From positions 124,001 to 188,000 of the forward strand of contig JAPETS010000018.1 of assembly GCA_026023565.1 (NCBI GenBank): a DNA stretch of 64,000 bases. Direction: 5' to 3'. Under the pieces are notes generated by a model. The model ran no database searches. It saw only the letters and a program-made list of their open reading frames with translations, and had not been told where the DNA came from. This DNA is from Cirrosporium novae-zelandiae. Taxonomy: Eukaryota. Shown piece by piece: positions 27,671-41,965 of this stretch. Position numbers and translations under genes: made by a program. Numbering within the stretch: the first letter of the stretch is position 1; the number at the start of each line of letters is the position of its first letter.

Positions 27671-28192
27671 CGGCCTGTGATGGACAACTTGTTGGGAATG
27701 AGGCATAAGACACAGGGACATGGCTTTACAAAATCAATACGCTATTGAACGGTCTAAGGGTGCGGTTGACATTAAGAGAAATCAAAATTTGAGGTTGGAA
27801 TCCATGACGTATTGGGATCTCGCATTCTCTCAGCGTCCCTAACAGTATCTTGTCATTTTCTATTCCCACTGCCTTCACGTACAATATTGTTGCTACTAGT
27901 GTACACCAATGCTTTTTACCCAGGATTCTCATCTTTTCCCAGACAATCCTTTGCAAACCTTCCTGCCATGCAATGAAATTTAGGGTATTCTCTAACCCCA
28001 TTTGAAGCCCATTAGGCTTTCAGTCTGTTGACCCTCAAAAACAATGTAACCTCTGATCAGATTAAGCCATACCTGTTGCCAAGTAATGGGGTAAGGCAAT
28101 AAACATCATGCGATCAGCATGATCCATGTTTCGATGCTAGTAGCCGAGTACCCGATAATAAATCGACTATAAAAGTTGGTGACATAGTTCAG

Positions 28193-30352
28193 TTATCGTC
28201 GTCCCATGTAAGAGCGATAAAAGTCAGCTGCCGCTTCACTGGCAACGTTACTATATCCGTCGGCAGGGCCAAATGCTTGGTTAGACTTTTGGGCAGCCGA
28301 TACTTTAGCCTGTAAAGCAGTTGTTCCTTGGTCGATCGTCTGAAGTTGGGCTAGATGGGTGTTGAGAACACGAACGATTTGAGAAAGCTAGAATGTATCC
28401 TATTAGATCTTGACGTTAGGAATCGGAAAGCGCCTAAAACTTACCGGATTATCGGTCTTGCTCGTTTTACTCAGAGATGATGAAGAGTTGTTGATTTCCT
28501 CAACCATTGCTGACAAGTCTTTGCCCATCTCATCCAATCGCTCTGCGATTTTCTCAGCTGTTCTATATCTATAAATAAGTTAGCGAAATGTTTCATTTAA
28601 TCATTCCAGAGTAACTTACGTTCGTTCTCTTTCTTGGTCTGGTCCTTGAAGTGCATCGCCTTGACCAACTTGTCTTTGCATCATATCATCAACATCCCGC
28701 TCATATTGGTCGAGCCAGGTACTAAGTTCATCCTGATGGCCTTCCACCGCTTGAAGTTGTCTTTCGACCTCTGCAGTGGCTCTTTCAGCCTCCAGTGTAC
28801 TGCCGTAGAGCTTTTGGATCTTGTCGCTATTTTCTATAAGCATACGATCCCATCCAGCAACCGATACAGCTTGGGTCTGAAATTCTTTTTTATATTTGGA
28901 TAAATCAGATGCCCAACGTGTGATTATTTCATCCATGGTCTTGTTCTTCAAACGCGATGGAGCAGAAGGAGGTGGACCAGCAGTCGAAGCCCCAAATCCA
29001 GCCGTTGTTTTTGTGGAAGGCTGTGTTGTCGACGTTGTGGTTGTGGATGCGGTTGTAGCAGGTAGCGGGGTAGATGAAGTACCAGGCTGCTTGCTCAAAC
29101 CTGCGCCAAAAAGTGATGTTGCTGCAGGGGCAGTACTTGCGGCACTTGTACTCGCAAGCGGCGATGCGGTAGTAGCCGTCGCCTTTCCAAGATTTCCAAA
29201 CAAATTAGATCCCGCGGCCCCACTGGTTATAGTTGCCGAAGGAGCATTTGTTCCGCTCGAGGTTGTTCCTGTAGATCCTCCAATACTAAAATTCAGAGCG
29301 GGTTTTGATGTGTCTCCTGGTTTTGTAGTGCTGAAGCTAGTGCCCGGTGTACTACCCATGTTACCAAACAAACTAGGTTTAGTGGCATCTCCACTGCTTG
29401 TAGCAGGAGCCGATGTCGTGGGTGCAGATCCTTGAAGATTAAAGGTAGGCTTAGAGGGCGTGGTTGTAGTAGCTGCAAAGCTGAAGGATGGCGTAGCGGT
29501 TGTAGATAAAAGTGCTCCAGCAGTGGATTTTGGAGGCTCGCCAAATCCTTTGTTGAATAGACTCGTGGAGCTGGTCGAATTTTGACTGGGGGCAGATGTA
29601 CCCGAAGGTAACTTGAACCCTGGAGTTGTCGATGCGTTACCAAAGAGGCTTGATGTGGTGGTCGAGGCGGCAGTCAAAGAGGGGGCCTGCACAGAGCTTA
29701 ATGATGCACCTGTTGAAGCTGCGGTCGAACTCGAATCACCAGGTTTGCTGAAGGAAAACGATGATGAATGTTGCTGTGCTGTTGTACTGGGGAAATTAAG
29801 TTGCGAAGCTATTGTAGGCTTTGAGGAAGCAGTTTGCCCTAGGTTACCGAAATTAAAACCGTTGCCAGATGGGCTAGACACAGGCGGAGGCCCTGCAGGA
29901 GTGGTTGAAGGGTTGTTGAAACTAAAATGTCCACTAGAGGTTGGAGCTGGCGTTGTGGAACCAACTGGAGCAGAGGTGGCCGTTTTATTTCCGCCAGCGG
30001 ATGGAAATGAAAAGCTAGGCGTCGTGCCAGTACTGTTGCCAAACATACCAGTCGTTTGTCCAGAAGTGGATGGAGCAGCAGTTTTGTTTGGTGTGTTGAA
30101 CGAGAAGCCAGTGCTACCAGGCTTGTCCGCCGCAGATGATGCGGGTGGTTGCCCAAAACTAAAATTTGCACCACCAGGAGCAGTCCCCGGACCACCAAAA
30201 ATTGGTTTACTTTCTTGGGACTGAGAGGCATTTCCGAAGAGGGATGGTGTCTGAGGCTTCTGGGAATTTGTTCCTCCACTGCCAAATAGTCCACCAGACG
30301 TCGCTGCCGTCCCAAAAGAAAAGGGAGACTGGGATTTAGGTGGATTTGCCAT
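28193..30352 (-). CDS. NSP1: FG nucleoporin Nsp1/Nup62
   Basis: FSFG/SLFG repeats, then LKNKTMDEIITRW..WDRMLIENS coiled coil; spliced C-terminus ..ADFYRSYMGRR with TAA at 28193. Confidence 0.96.
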
Positions 30353-30882
30353 GGCTGCAGTCTGTAGAGGATCTTATTATGCTGGAAAGCTATCCGACTG
30401 TCCTTGGATATATGGCTACAACTCGGCGAGCTCTGAAAAGTCAGAGCTAATCAAGGTGTTTGGGAGCTTGGATTGGGGTGTTTCGAGAGCAGTTCTAGAT
30501 GAAGAATTACTGAAAGATCTCGGGGTAAAATAAGAAAGGATGGTTACTCACAGTGATCAATTGTCAATGGCCATTTGTAGACTGTAAACACCTAGTATTG
30601 TGAAAGACTGAGGGACAATAAAATGTAGCTCCTGGTAGATGAGGGATGGTATGAAGCGCGAACTTAAGCAAGCGCGAAGACAAGGACAGACCAGACCAGA
30701 CCAGACAAAACAAGCGCAAATAATCAGCCTTTCCAAAACGCACAGACCAGCTATCCAGTTGTCTACTCTCTACCTCTAAACCCTACTTGAACCGTCATGC
30801 ACATAAGGTTACTTGAAATTTACTGACATTCATTTCTCAGGATAACTGGCTTAGACGATTATAGCATTGATCACTTCCAAGA

Positions 30883-32720
30883 ATGTCTAGGCCTGTATCA
30901 CCTAACCTGGAGCCTCCGAGGAAAAGTGTCGAGTTGGAAGATCCAGGTGCACACGAACTCAGTAAGAGCCTGACTGTTAAGCTTGAGAAACGACAAGAGC
31001 TAATCTTTATTTAGGTGGTTCTGAGGTCGAGGAGGATCACTTTGAAGATGCTTTTGAACGTCCCGATAGTACTTCCAGGCCAACTTCACCCATACCAAAA
31101 ACTCGAGTAGAAAAAGTTGACGATGTCCCAAGTCACGGTGAGGTGCCAGGTACACCGGCCTACGATATGAGGGTACAAGATGCCGTACCAGATGAAATGG
31201 AGGTTGTTCCCGAAGGCTCAAGAAGCAGAAGTGCTTCCTGGGTTGATCGACCCGTGACACCTGGTGGCACTCCTATTCCACTGACGGTAGTTGAGAAGAT
31301 TGACCCCGAATCTCCTAGCCTTGGTGATATACCTGGCACTCCAGCCCACAAGATACGCATAGCCGATGCTGTCCCCGACATGATCTTGAAGGTGCCTGAA
31401 CCAGGAAAGAAACCTCCTGCCCTGACCCATCGCCGTGAAGGTAGCAATCCAGGTCCAATACCACGAACAGTGATATCCAGAGTCGACTCGGAACCAGCTC
31501 ACGGGGAGGTCCCCCGTACTGATGCGTTTGATATGCGGATGCATGATGCCGAGCCTGATTCCCTAGAAAAAACAGGCGATGTTCCAAGTGAGCACAATGA
31601 TCTTGCTTCTCATAGTGTCCTCGAGCCATTGACCGAGCCAGGTTCGCCAACAACATCTGTGAGCAGATCCCCACATCGTACCGAAGAAAGACGGAAATCC
31701 TCGATGAGCGATACCGAGCGGACGACGACCCTAGCGCCGGCTGGCTTGGAAGACGGTGATGAAGGGAATGAAGGGACGGCGGGTTTTGGTGACGATTTTG
31801 ATGATTTTGAGGAAGGTGGCGGGGAGGACGATTTCGGGGATTTCGATGATGGATTTGAAGAAGCAGCATCTGTTGAGACTGGTGGAGATGCTGATGAATC
31901 CAATGACGCTGGCGTTCACATCCCTTTGCCTACTTCCATACCTTCATTTGTGAGTAGAATGCATATTAAACCAAGTCGTACAAGACCAGTACATTGTCCA
32001 TGTATAATTTTTGCTAATGTATAATAGCCTCTCCTTGATTGCAGTAACATAAAAGCCCTCGATGACATGCTTTCCTCCACCTCCCCCTACCTCGCCTCCA
32101 TCTTCCCCCAAGACCCGTCATTAGAAGATCAACCCTCGCCAGAACCAATTCCCGATCAAACCGCCATCTTCACAACGGACCGCTCCCTCTCCCTCTGGAA
32201 CCAACTCGTAACCCCACCCCCGCTCCAACCCCCCAACTGGATAAAATCCCGTATCCGCCGTCTATTCCTCGTCTCCCTCGGCGTCCCCGTCGACCTGGAC
32301 GAAATCCTGCCAGCCTCCAAACAACAAAAACTCATCCTCCCGTCCGTCCACCTGACCACCCCCGATGACGTCAACAAACTAAAAAACTCCTCTAAAAACC
32401 CCTCCTCCACCTCCGTCAACTCCGACTCCAAAAACCCCTCCAAATCAACTAGCAGTCGACGGCGCAGGGGATCCCCCCCACCTCCCGAATGGGATTCCCA
32501 AAGCGCGAAATTGCTCTGCGCGACTACGGATGCCGCTCTGAGTGGAATGACAGACGAAGAACTCGTGGCGCACGTGAAGAAACTAGAAGAATTCAATCAG
32601 CAGGCCAGTGTGGTACTGGAATATTGGTTGAAGCAGAAAGATGATGCTGTCGACGCCAATGAGACATATATGATGGTTTTGGAGAATTCCGTAAAGCATT
32701 TTAGGAAGATAAGGAAATAG
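30883..32720 (+). CDS. Laa2/YBL010C-like AP-1 accessory protein (DUF5102) with N-terminal triple repeat
   Basis: ATG at 30883; acidic DDFDDF/DDFGDF gamma-ear-binding motifs; C-terminal LWNQLVTPPPLQPPNWIKSRIRRLFLVSLGVPVDLDEILP. Confidence 0.75.
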
Positions 32721-34148
32721 CGATGAACTCAAGGGTCGATGGGTCTAGGGGAGACGGGTGGGGTATATACAGGGGGGCGCTTACGGTTCAGGCCTTGTTT
32801 TTTTGCTACGGATTACATTTGGGGTTTTCTTTTGGTTCTTGGAAGAGGGGAGTAAATGTTGCTTGCCTGCCTTGCCTTGCCTTGCCCACCTAACCTACTT
32901 GCTTGCTCGCCTGGGGACATTTTACATTGTTATTTTTATCCGGAACGAACCCGGGAAAGAAGAATTCCATTCAAATCGATCGATCGATAAAGGGGGGGAT
33001 TGTGGAATCTTTTCCATTGTTCGTATTTATACATATTTTAAGGGTTATCCTACACACAGCAACAGAAAAAAGTTAATATGAAGAAATGATTATAAATGTT
33101 GATTTATGGATTTGCCTCGTCAATATATCTCATTTCTTATTATATCAATAATTCACATAGGCAAATATATATATGCATGAGTACAAACCTCAACCCCCCT
33201 CCGTTTCAATTCCTAGATTGTTCGATCCCATTACAACACCCCTACAATATAATTAGCAGAATCCTCTCGATCATTTAGAGCGAGCGACGCATCGACCCAG
33301 GAGTTACCCTATCGCCCTCAAGTACCCTAAAAACTACAACATCACCAGACATAAAATCATCGAAATAACTAATAACTATTTAATTATATTTCATCTCACT
33401 ATCTGTCTGACCTATTTGAGTATCAATCCCATCCCATCATATCCAAGAAACAAAAGCCCTTCATCTCTCTTTCATCAACATTGTCTCTCTCTCTCTTGCG
33501 ACTAAACCACCTACCCGCATCTGTTTGAAACAAACACCCTAAAGGGAGAAAGGCTTTGCTGAATAGGGTAGGGGTAAGGTAGAAGTGAAAATATTCCCCT
33601 TCTTTCCTCCACCGTTCTGATTTCCGATCCGAAGGAATGCCAAAGCACCCTACACACCTTCTCCAAGGAGTACCGTTATCCAGTAATAAAATAAAAGCCT
33701 AGGTTAGACTCATGTTGTCCAACAATTCCTTTCCATCCAGCCCAGTTCCTCGCAAAGATTTCTCGCTCACGCTAAAAAAACGAAATTGACCAAGAAAAAG
33801 AGGGTATGTTGATGTTCAAAATTCCACCGTAAAACATAGGGAAAAAAACGAAAGAAAAAGTTATAAAATAAATACATCAAGAGTCATATCGTGTACCTTG
33901 TACGACATTGCAGACATATCTTCCACAAAGGATAGCTTCCTTATCCAGTTCGCTTCATCGAGAAAGCACATCTCATCTTCCCTCCATTCGTTTATCATTC
34001 CCCCAACAGCAAATGGGTATTAGGCGGCTTATTATCGACTCGTCCTTTCCGTTCAATAGGTATTATGCAACTGATGCCCGAGTCTCATCAGGGCAATAAA
34101 AAGACTAAAAAAGCGTCACTTCATTCCCCCATATATTCTCTGCTTTTA

Positions 34149-37100
34149 TTAACTTTCCTCCTCTTGCTTTGTCTCCGCTACTTCTTCTTTGATATCTCCC
34201 CCTTCGTCAGCTAAGCCCACAATTCTTAAGCCTCCTTCTTTGTCGCTTCCCTTACTCTTAACACTTTCATTCTGTCCACTTCCCTGGCTATTTCTCTGTT
34301 CTTCGAGCGCCTCAGCCATTAGTGCTGGTGGTCTGGCACGTCCCTTTCTTGCCTTTTCTAGACTAATTGTCTTTTGTGTATATGTAGTAGTCACAGGGGC
34401 ATCCTCATCCCTTTGAATGGTAGCTTTAATAAGCGCGCCCATCCATGAACGACCCTGAACTATGGAATCGACGGCGAAGTAGTGAACCGTTGGTTTTGTG
34501 AAGTTAACGGCTCGGGAGAGGCCTGACCGAGGCGGAACAAGTTTGAAGATGAAGGTTGAATTGCCTGAAACTGAAGGAGAAGTGCCGTGACCATGAGAAT
34601 TGGGGGACGGAGATGCGGTTATTGTAGTCGTAACTGTGGGCTCTCTAAGATTTTCTTTGGCATCTTCGGAAGAATTGCGAGGTTGAGAAGGGTCTTCAGA
34701 AGTTAGTGTAGAGGTGGTAGTTTCTTGTTGAGCTTGAGAAGTAGCAGCGTCGGTTGCGGCTGCAGTGGGGGTTGTGGTACCTTGGGAGGGTGTTGAAGGT
34801 GTGGAGGTGGCGCGAGTAATGGTGGCATGAAGTCCGGTAAGAAAGTCACCGGAAGCGGGAAGGACTTTGTGGTTAGAGATGTCTATAAGACCCTTTTCCT
34901 CCGTATCATTCTCGGAGTAGTAGTATGAAAGCCGGCGACCACGAAGGATAAAGAGACGTGGTTTCCAGGTCGTCATAAGATTTGATGATTTCTTCTTCAT
35001 CCATCCTGAGTAATCACAATCGACCATCTGCTCGGCGGGGGTTTTGTGCTCCAGGCCTCGCGTGTAAGCAGAAGTTTCTTTCTTGGATTTGCTGCGGCGA
35101 GCTGGAGGAACTGAGGGAGCGGTGGGATTGGGGGAAGGCAAGATATGATTACTGGAGCCTGTCCCCTTGGAGGAGTTATCTGTTTCTAGCTCAATACTCT
35201 GCGATGTTAGAGACGGGGAATTTGAGCCCGTTTTTGCGGGAGAATCAAGAGGAGAGTCTTTATTTGGCGAGGTTATGGATAACGGTGAGGCTACTAGTGT
35301 TTTCTCGCCCTCTGTGATGGCATCAGAAGCTGCCCGTAGACCAAAGAGTTTTGAGATACCAGACTCTTTCTGCGTCTTCCCGTTCGTTACGGGTGTTGCT
35401 CGGTCGCTGGTCGAACTTCTATCTTGCCTTGAAAAGAACCTCAGGCTACTGGAAGCTTTCACGCCCGGCTCAAGATTTGTGACTGTAGGTGAAGGTAGGG
35501 TGATTGATAAGGGAGCAGCTGAATCCCTAGCACTCGCACTTCGAAAACGACCGCCCATCATATTCGCACTGAAGTACGCCTTCGCTGCTGGTGAGATTAA
35601 TTTTGGCGATGCATCCCGCAAGGAATCTAAACTGCCAAGCTTATGCGGCCGACTTGTGCTGGAAGCACTCTTACGCTTCTTGCTATCTGTGGGACTGTTA
35701 TAGCTTGATTGCCTCGAGTGAGGTGTGCCCATACTATCGCGTTTTCTCAGCACATTTCGTGATTTACGGTTCTCTACTTCACCTCCCGAAAAATACCCTC
35801 GATCGGGATCACTCTGTAAAGATATATCAGGTGAATGTAATGGTGAAGGGCAAGTTTGCTCTTCCGTACTGGATCCTGTCTCTTGCCTCGATATAGCTAG
35901 AGACGTCGATGGCCGACCTGGTGAACTATGAACGGGGGTGGACATTGACCAGCCTCTATCAAAAGACGGTATTCTAAAGTGATGGCCAAGGCTTGAAGTA
36001 GGCTGTGGTACTGAAGAGACGACGGTATCAATAGAATTGTTGAGACCTGCTGTGGCATCTATCGATGGGTGTTGAGATTGATTGATTTCTCGAATAGACG
36101 CAGGTGATGGACGTGGTGTTCGTTCCTGGTTTTTGGTAGAGGTCTGAACTGTAACCGAAGTTTGTGAGCTGCTTTGTGTTCGTTGACTTGGTGGTCGGGA
36201 AGAAGAATCTTCCATCAAATTCGGGACCCTTGGGAGTACTGATGTATGACTTCCAGCTTTACTTGGGCTTCTTTCAATTTTATGTGGAGACCCATTTTCG
36301 CTCTGTCTTCTAGGCTGTCTCCGTGATTTGGCGTCTTGTTGTATTGCTTTGATTTTATGCCAGGTGCGCAGCCTCCGTCCTACAGGTCCGAGATCGAATT
36401 CTTTTAAGAAAAGCGAGGCTTGATCCATACTAAGCAACACTTCACCAGAGATTTCCTGTTCTTGAAATACCTCGCAGTGGTGATTCTCTACACCATGCTC
36501 ACGAAGGTATTCAGCGGTTTGAATCGATGACCATGTCATTATCTCTTCTTCTGTGGGTGCGCCATTCTCCTCCTCATCTGTTTCATGGCCCGTTATGCAC
36601 GAGAGGCGATGGTCTATGTGGGAGCTATAATCGCTTCCGGAATCGCCTTGTCTTTCACGTGCAATCACACTTTGTCGGGGAGTGTTCAGATCCGTAATAT
36701 GCTCTTCAATAACGCTCAAAGTTTCGTTCATCACTGGACTTTCTTCACCTTGCCCATGATCATTTCCAATAGCTCTTCCTAAGCTTCGTTGTAAGGACGA
36801 GGGAGCTACCGTTTGTAATCGGCCAGAATTTGGAGGTGTGTCTATCCCAGATGTATGAGCAGAACTGTAAAGAGGTAGTGGGGCTGGTCCATTGGTGCCA
36901 AAGCTTTCAGCAAGGCTTGAATGTGGGGATGGCTGCGGGGTTCTTTCACTTCTGGAATTGGAAGAATTCGAATCGGGAGGAATGGACGATTCAGATATGT
37001 CTGTCGGGTTTTCGGGTTCGTTGGGGGCTTGCGACGAAGGATTCAAAGGTGCTTGTTCCTTCTCAACGGGAGCAGTGTAAACTACAAAAAAGTTAGAAAA

Positions 37101-37477
37101 GCTGGTTTAACATTCAAGGTGGCAACGATCCGTACCTTGAGGAAATAAACCCGTCCTTCCATCCACTAAATGTTTGCCCAAATACCAACCATCTCCAAAG
37201 TCGTCATCGCGCTCAATCAACTCGATTCGGTCGCCCTTGGTGAAGGATATTTCATCTGGACTCCGAGCTTCGAAATCGTCTAAAACACAATACAGTCAGA
37301 AAATGATCCTTAGACGAAGAATGGTTCTAGTTGAAGAGGCTGCGCAATGTGAAAAGGCGATATTTCACATGAGGGTTATAGGAAAAAGCAATGAATCAAG
37401 GGTCACTCACGCATCACTATTAGAACATCTCCAAGACTGGGTCTCCGAAGAGTCAAGGACTGGTATCGGAAAGCCAT
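34149..37477 (-). CDS. BOI2: Boi1/Boi2-like polarity scaffold (SH3-SAM-PH)
   Basis: Exons give SH3 (HDFEARSPDEISFTKGDRIELIERDDDFGDGWYLG), SAM (WSSIQTAEYL..QEISGEVLL..GPVGRRL) and PH (DYSGWMKKK..WKPRLFILRGRRLSYY). Confidence 0.92.
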
Positions 37478-38908
37478 TGCGCATCGAAAGGCGTCACAAG
37501 TTGCCTTGGAGCGGAGTTGCGCTCACGATCGAGGTCTCGGATTTAACAACTTGTGGTGGCACCTAATCAGGAACCACAATGGCATAATTCTCCAAAAAAA
37601 ATATTTGCTAGAAAGAAGTTGTCAGATAATGCAGACTATAGACAGTTGGTATGAAATAATGATAGAAATGTCTTGGTTGGAAAGGGGTCTGTACTTCGCA
37701 AGTGGGTGTTCCTGTTGGGGGGGGGGGGGAGGGGGTTTGATCCAAGATCGCAAAGGTTCCCACTGGGGAACGAAAAAGGGCCAAGGCTCAGGGTTCAAGA
37801 CTCAAGGCTCGGAAGTCGCGGTCGGGCACAAATGATGGAAAACGAAGTTGACAGCACATGTACAACTAACTCAGGAACAGGGAAGATGTCGGTAGGGGAA
37901 GATGTTGAAGATGTTAAAGGGTGTATTTCACAAGAGCAATATATGGTGAAGGGGGGGGTGACTGAAGAAGGTTTGCACGCGGTTTATTTCAAGATGTCCG
38001 TTGGCAAGCGAGTTTGAAGACAAGCATCAGAGGCTCTCTCACTCAGACTCTCCCTCGTTCTCTCTCTGAAGTTAAGGATTAGTTGTGGATTAACCTGGTA
38101 AAGTTGGGAGAACTAAGCGTACTAAGGTCTCAGACTAGTATTTTTTTTCCCATCAGGCCCTCAAGGTATTATTGGATAGTAAGATGGCTAAGAGTGAAGA
38201 GTCTAACTTACTTTATATAAGCGCACCGACATATGTTAGGTTAGCGGCCGAAACCCGAAAAACCATTGGGGTCAAAAGCTGCACGGATCCGTCCTCGGTC
38301 AATTCCACCTAATTACACATTCCAGATCAAGAAAACAAAGAACCAAGACGACAGAATTGATAGATCGATATAGTAGAAAATATAACTTGGTCGAAATAAT
38401 TAATTGCACAGTAATCTTAACCACTGCATTTGGAATACTATTATTGCAGAAATAACCATCTAATCTGATAAATGTCCCATCCAATAAAAACACCAGGGAA
38501 CTGTCTACATATAAAGGGTACTTGCACCCATATTCTAAGCCCACCTGAGCCCTTGATAGGTAACGCAACTATCCATCGTTCTCTCCCTTTTTCTTCCTCC
38601 TTCATTGTTACTTCATTTAAATATCCCTACCTGAATAATTCTTGCCTTCAAGACTTTTATAAGTCGAATACTATCAATCAAATCCATCATACTATCCATC
38701 TAGAAGTAGACTCGTTGCAGTTGTAAATGTTCTCCATTTTTTCCCTTTTACGTCACTGAAGGATGCAAAGTAATAAAATCCGATTAACCTACTTTTCTAA
38801 CAGGTAACTAATCAACTAACAAGACTATTGAGATTTGAGAAGACGACCCGGATCGACTATTATCCTTGGATCCACAATTTACTTTACCGCATTGGTAATT
38901 TTCTCGTC

Positions 38909-41900
38909 ATGGTGGCTGCTTCAGCAACTCTCTCGTCAGCCCTCATCGCGTCTAGAAATGAGAAAGCGCTGGCTTCAACAAATGCGACAGCCAGTCGCTT
39001 CTTGGGTTGCAAACGAAGACCGTGGATGAATCTTCCTGCCCACTCTCAACCCTTCCAACCCACTCGAACTTCGAACCTCAAAACCATACCTCCATTCACT
39101 TCAAACAACATCAATTGTCCAGCCCAGCCTCTCCAGAATACCAATCCAACATCATCTCTTCCCGAAGTGTCCAACGACAACCCCATTATCAACCAGCAAC
39201 CAGTTCCGATACTCTCTCCAGATTCGCAACCTCGGACCTTGTCGCGACCCCCGAGACGCCATGCTAGAGGAGCATTTGAACAAGTCGAATCATCTCATCA
39301 TTCTACCTCCGATACTCGAGATCAGTTGTTAGATACGGAACCTGAAAGATTAGTACATGCCAACCAGACCAATCCGACAACTTGTGAGAACGAGTGTCGG
39401 ACTCCATATACATCTGGTTCCGCCTCTCCAGTTGTGCATAGGATATCGGATGACGCAAGCGACGTGAGGTATAATCAATCAACCTATACAAATTCCGCTA
39501 ATTTGTAGCAGGAAATGACGCCACCAAGTCATGGCATACTCTCTAAAAGACCTCAAGCCTCTCCGCCCCCAATGTTTGGACCCTACAAACGTCCAAGGGT
39601 TGATGATAATCAGGAAACAATACCCACACAGCCCCAAGCTGGAACACAAATTATTCCAGGTGCCAGTCCTATCTTACAGAATAGGGATTCAATATCTTTA
39701 CAGGCTCCAAGTAACGCCCCAAATGAGCAAGGCGAGGGACCTGATCACTGTTTCGAGAGACTTGAAACTACCCCAACCCTTTCAATGCAACATGACCCTC
39801 TTGCAAATGATGTTCTCAGAACTAAGAATAGGCAAATGAAGAAGGCCCTGCAGATTTTCTTAACCAATTTACTGGGGGTTAGCAGACAACAGGAAAGAGG
39901 TCGCCTTAGTCTTTTGGTGCAAGCTTGTGAAATCGAGGACTACTATTTCGTAGCTCTGCATCAAATATTCTGTCTGTATACTGTAATCGGTGGAAAACTA
40001 CCTGGTTTCAAAGATGAACATGTACGGGGATTAAACATTCTTAGCAGCCTACTTTCTTCTAACCTCAACATCCCCTCAAAGCATTTAACTTACTATGCAT
40101 CACTTCCTGGTGAACCCTTAAGTTTGCTTCACTCGTCTGCCGAATATCGACGACATTACAATGATGCCCAAAATGTCTTAGCAATATTTTCGCGTGCTTG
40201 GGATGGATTTCAGAAGGCATGCTTCGACAAGGGACGACCTCCGTTTGCATATGAAATTGCTGTGGAGTTAGGTGTTTGTTCGGTCATTCTTCAAGGTGTA
40301 ATTTTTCGCGCACAATTACGACTAATCTGGGGAAAGGAAACAACAGAGCATTCGTGTCAATTAGAAGACCTTTTCAAAGAAAACCAGGATAAACATAGGA
40401 CACCAGCAAATTCTTCGACAATAGCAAATGTCACCGCTGAATATCAGCACCTTGAGCAGCAGTTTCGACAACTTCATGAGGCCCACAAACGGGAGGTGCA
40501 ATCAAGGTATCCACCTCAAGAGAATAGAAATCAAACCTGTGAACAACACTCTGAACATATCCGTCGTCCGCAGGACACTCCTCCACTACCTAGCATGTTT
40601 ATTCCGCAGAGTCAGCAAAGATTTCCTGCGAACAGCCAAAGTTGCTCGACTTATCAGACCCCATACGTACAAGCGCCATCCAATCTACAGAGAAACGTAC
40701 TTCCTGTAAGCAATGGAGGTTTTGTCCAACCTTGGAATGCACAGGTTCGCCAAAATGGTTCTCAGCCAGTACTCCATCCTGCCCCAGTCGTTGTTCCCAG
40801 CCAAAGGGTATCCCCTGGAGGGAGATTTCTACGAAACAATCAGGCGTATCTAAGCCCTATACATTTAATACCCGTGGCGGATGCCATTGCATCCTCTCCC
40901 AACGGCCCCAAAGATCCCGGCAGATGTGCACTACATCAAATACTTGCCCAACCCTTGGTTTCTAAAGTTATTTCGAATGACAACTACTCAAACGTCCGGT
41001 TTTTCCAGTATATGATCAAATTCCTTGTTGTTCCTTATGATCTTAGCTCTGTTAGTGGAAGTCACAGCCTCAAGTTTCGTGTTCAACCTACGGACATTCA
41101 CTTTCGAGCAACAGAGGCTGGACACATACAAGATGGCTCATACACTTATCGCTTCCGCTGTATCAAAATCCTTGATGGGCGAGATGTCAAACTTTGCACC
41201 GAAGAATATTGGACCATCAAGGATACAGCATGGCCACGACATATTGCTCTTTCGTTGAATAACAACACCCTTGAGATTTGCCGAGCCCGACATCATAACA
41301 AGGACCTTCCTGTGGACGTAACGCAACTTCTAAAGGAAGGCGACAATTTTCTAAACATTTATCAATTATCCGTAGCTGCCGAAACCAACCCGAAGCTTAA
41401 ATTTGCTCTGGCACTGGAGGTTATCGTTACTGAATCGGAACCTAGAATTCGTACCAAGATCTCCAACTTTTCACGGCCACTAGCCTTAAGTGAGATCTCC
41501 AAGAGTCTTTCTACAGCTGCAGAGAAAGATGACGATATTGCTATTATTGATGATCACATATCGATAGATTTAATCGACCCTTTCACGGCCCTGATATTTG
41601 AAACCCCAGTTCGAGGAAAGTTTTGTCAGCACCGGGAATGTTTCGACCTCACTGTATTTCTTGAATCTCGTCTGTCTCAAGAAGGAATCACACGTCCAGA
41701 CGAGTGGAAATGTCCAATATGCAAAGCAGACGCCCGGCCCAAAAGTCTTATATGTGATCTTTTCCTCTCCGAGGTCCGTCAACAGTTAGCAGCTCAAGAT
41801 AAGTTGAACGCTCGTGCAATCTGGGTACGCAAAGATGGTTCTTGGGAAGCGAAACTAGATGACACCACAGATACCAATGATAACAAGAGGAGTAATGAGA

Positions 41901-41965
41901 TCAAACGTTCCTCCACGGAGCCAAGTGAGATACAAAAGCAGGCCGAGGTTATTGAGTTAGATTGA
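38909..41965 (+). CDS. MIZ/SP-RING zinc-finger protein (putative SUMO E3 ligase-like)
   Basis: IDLIDPFT..PVRGKFCQHRECFDL..WKCPIC; a phase-0 intron 39464-39508/39511 joins ORFs 38828..39508 and 39515..41965. Confidence 0.88.

Noticed and set aside
28634..30315. Long antisense/alternative-frame ORFs over NSP1 (similarly over STI1, BOI2, DSK2, arrestin)
   Set aside because: Shadow ORFs from biased codon usage of the real genes; no motifs.
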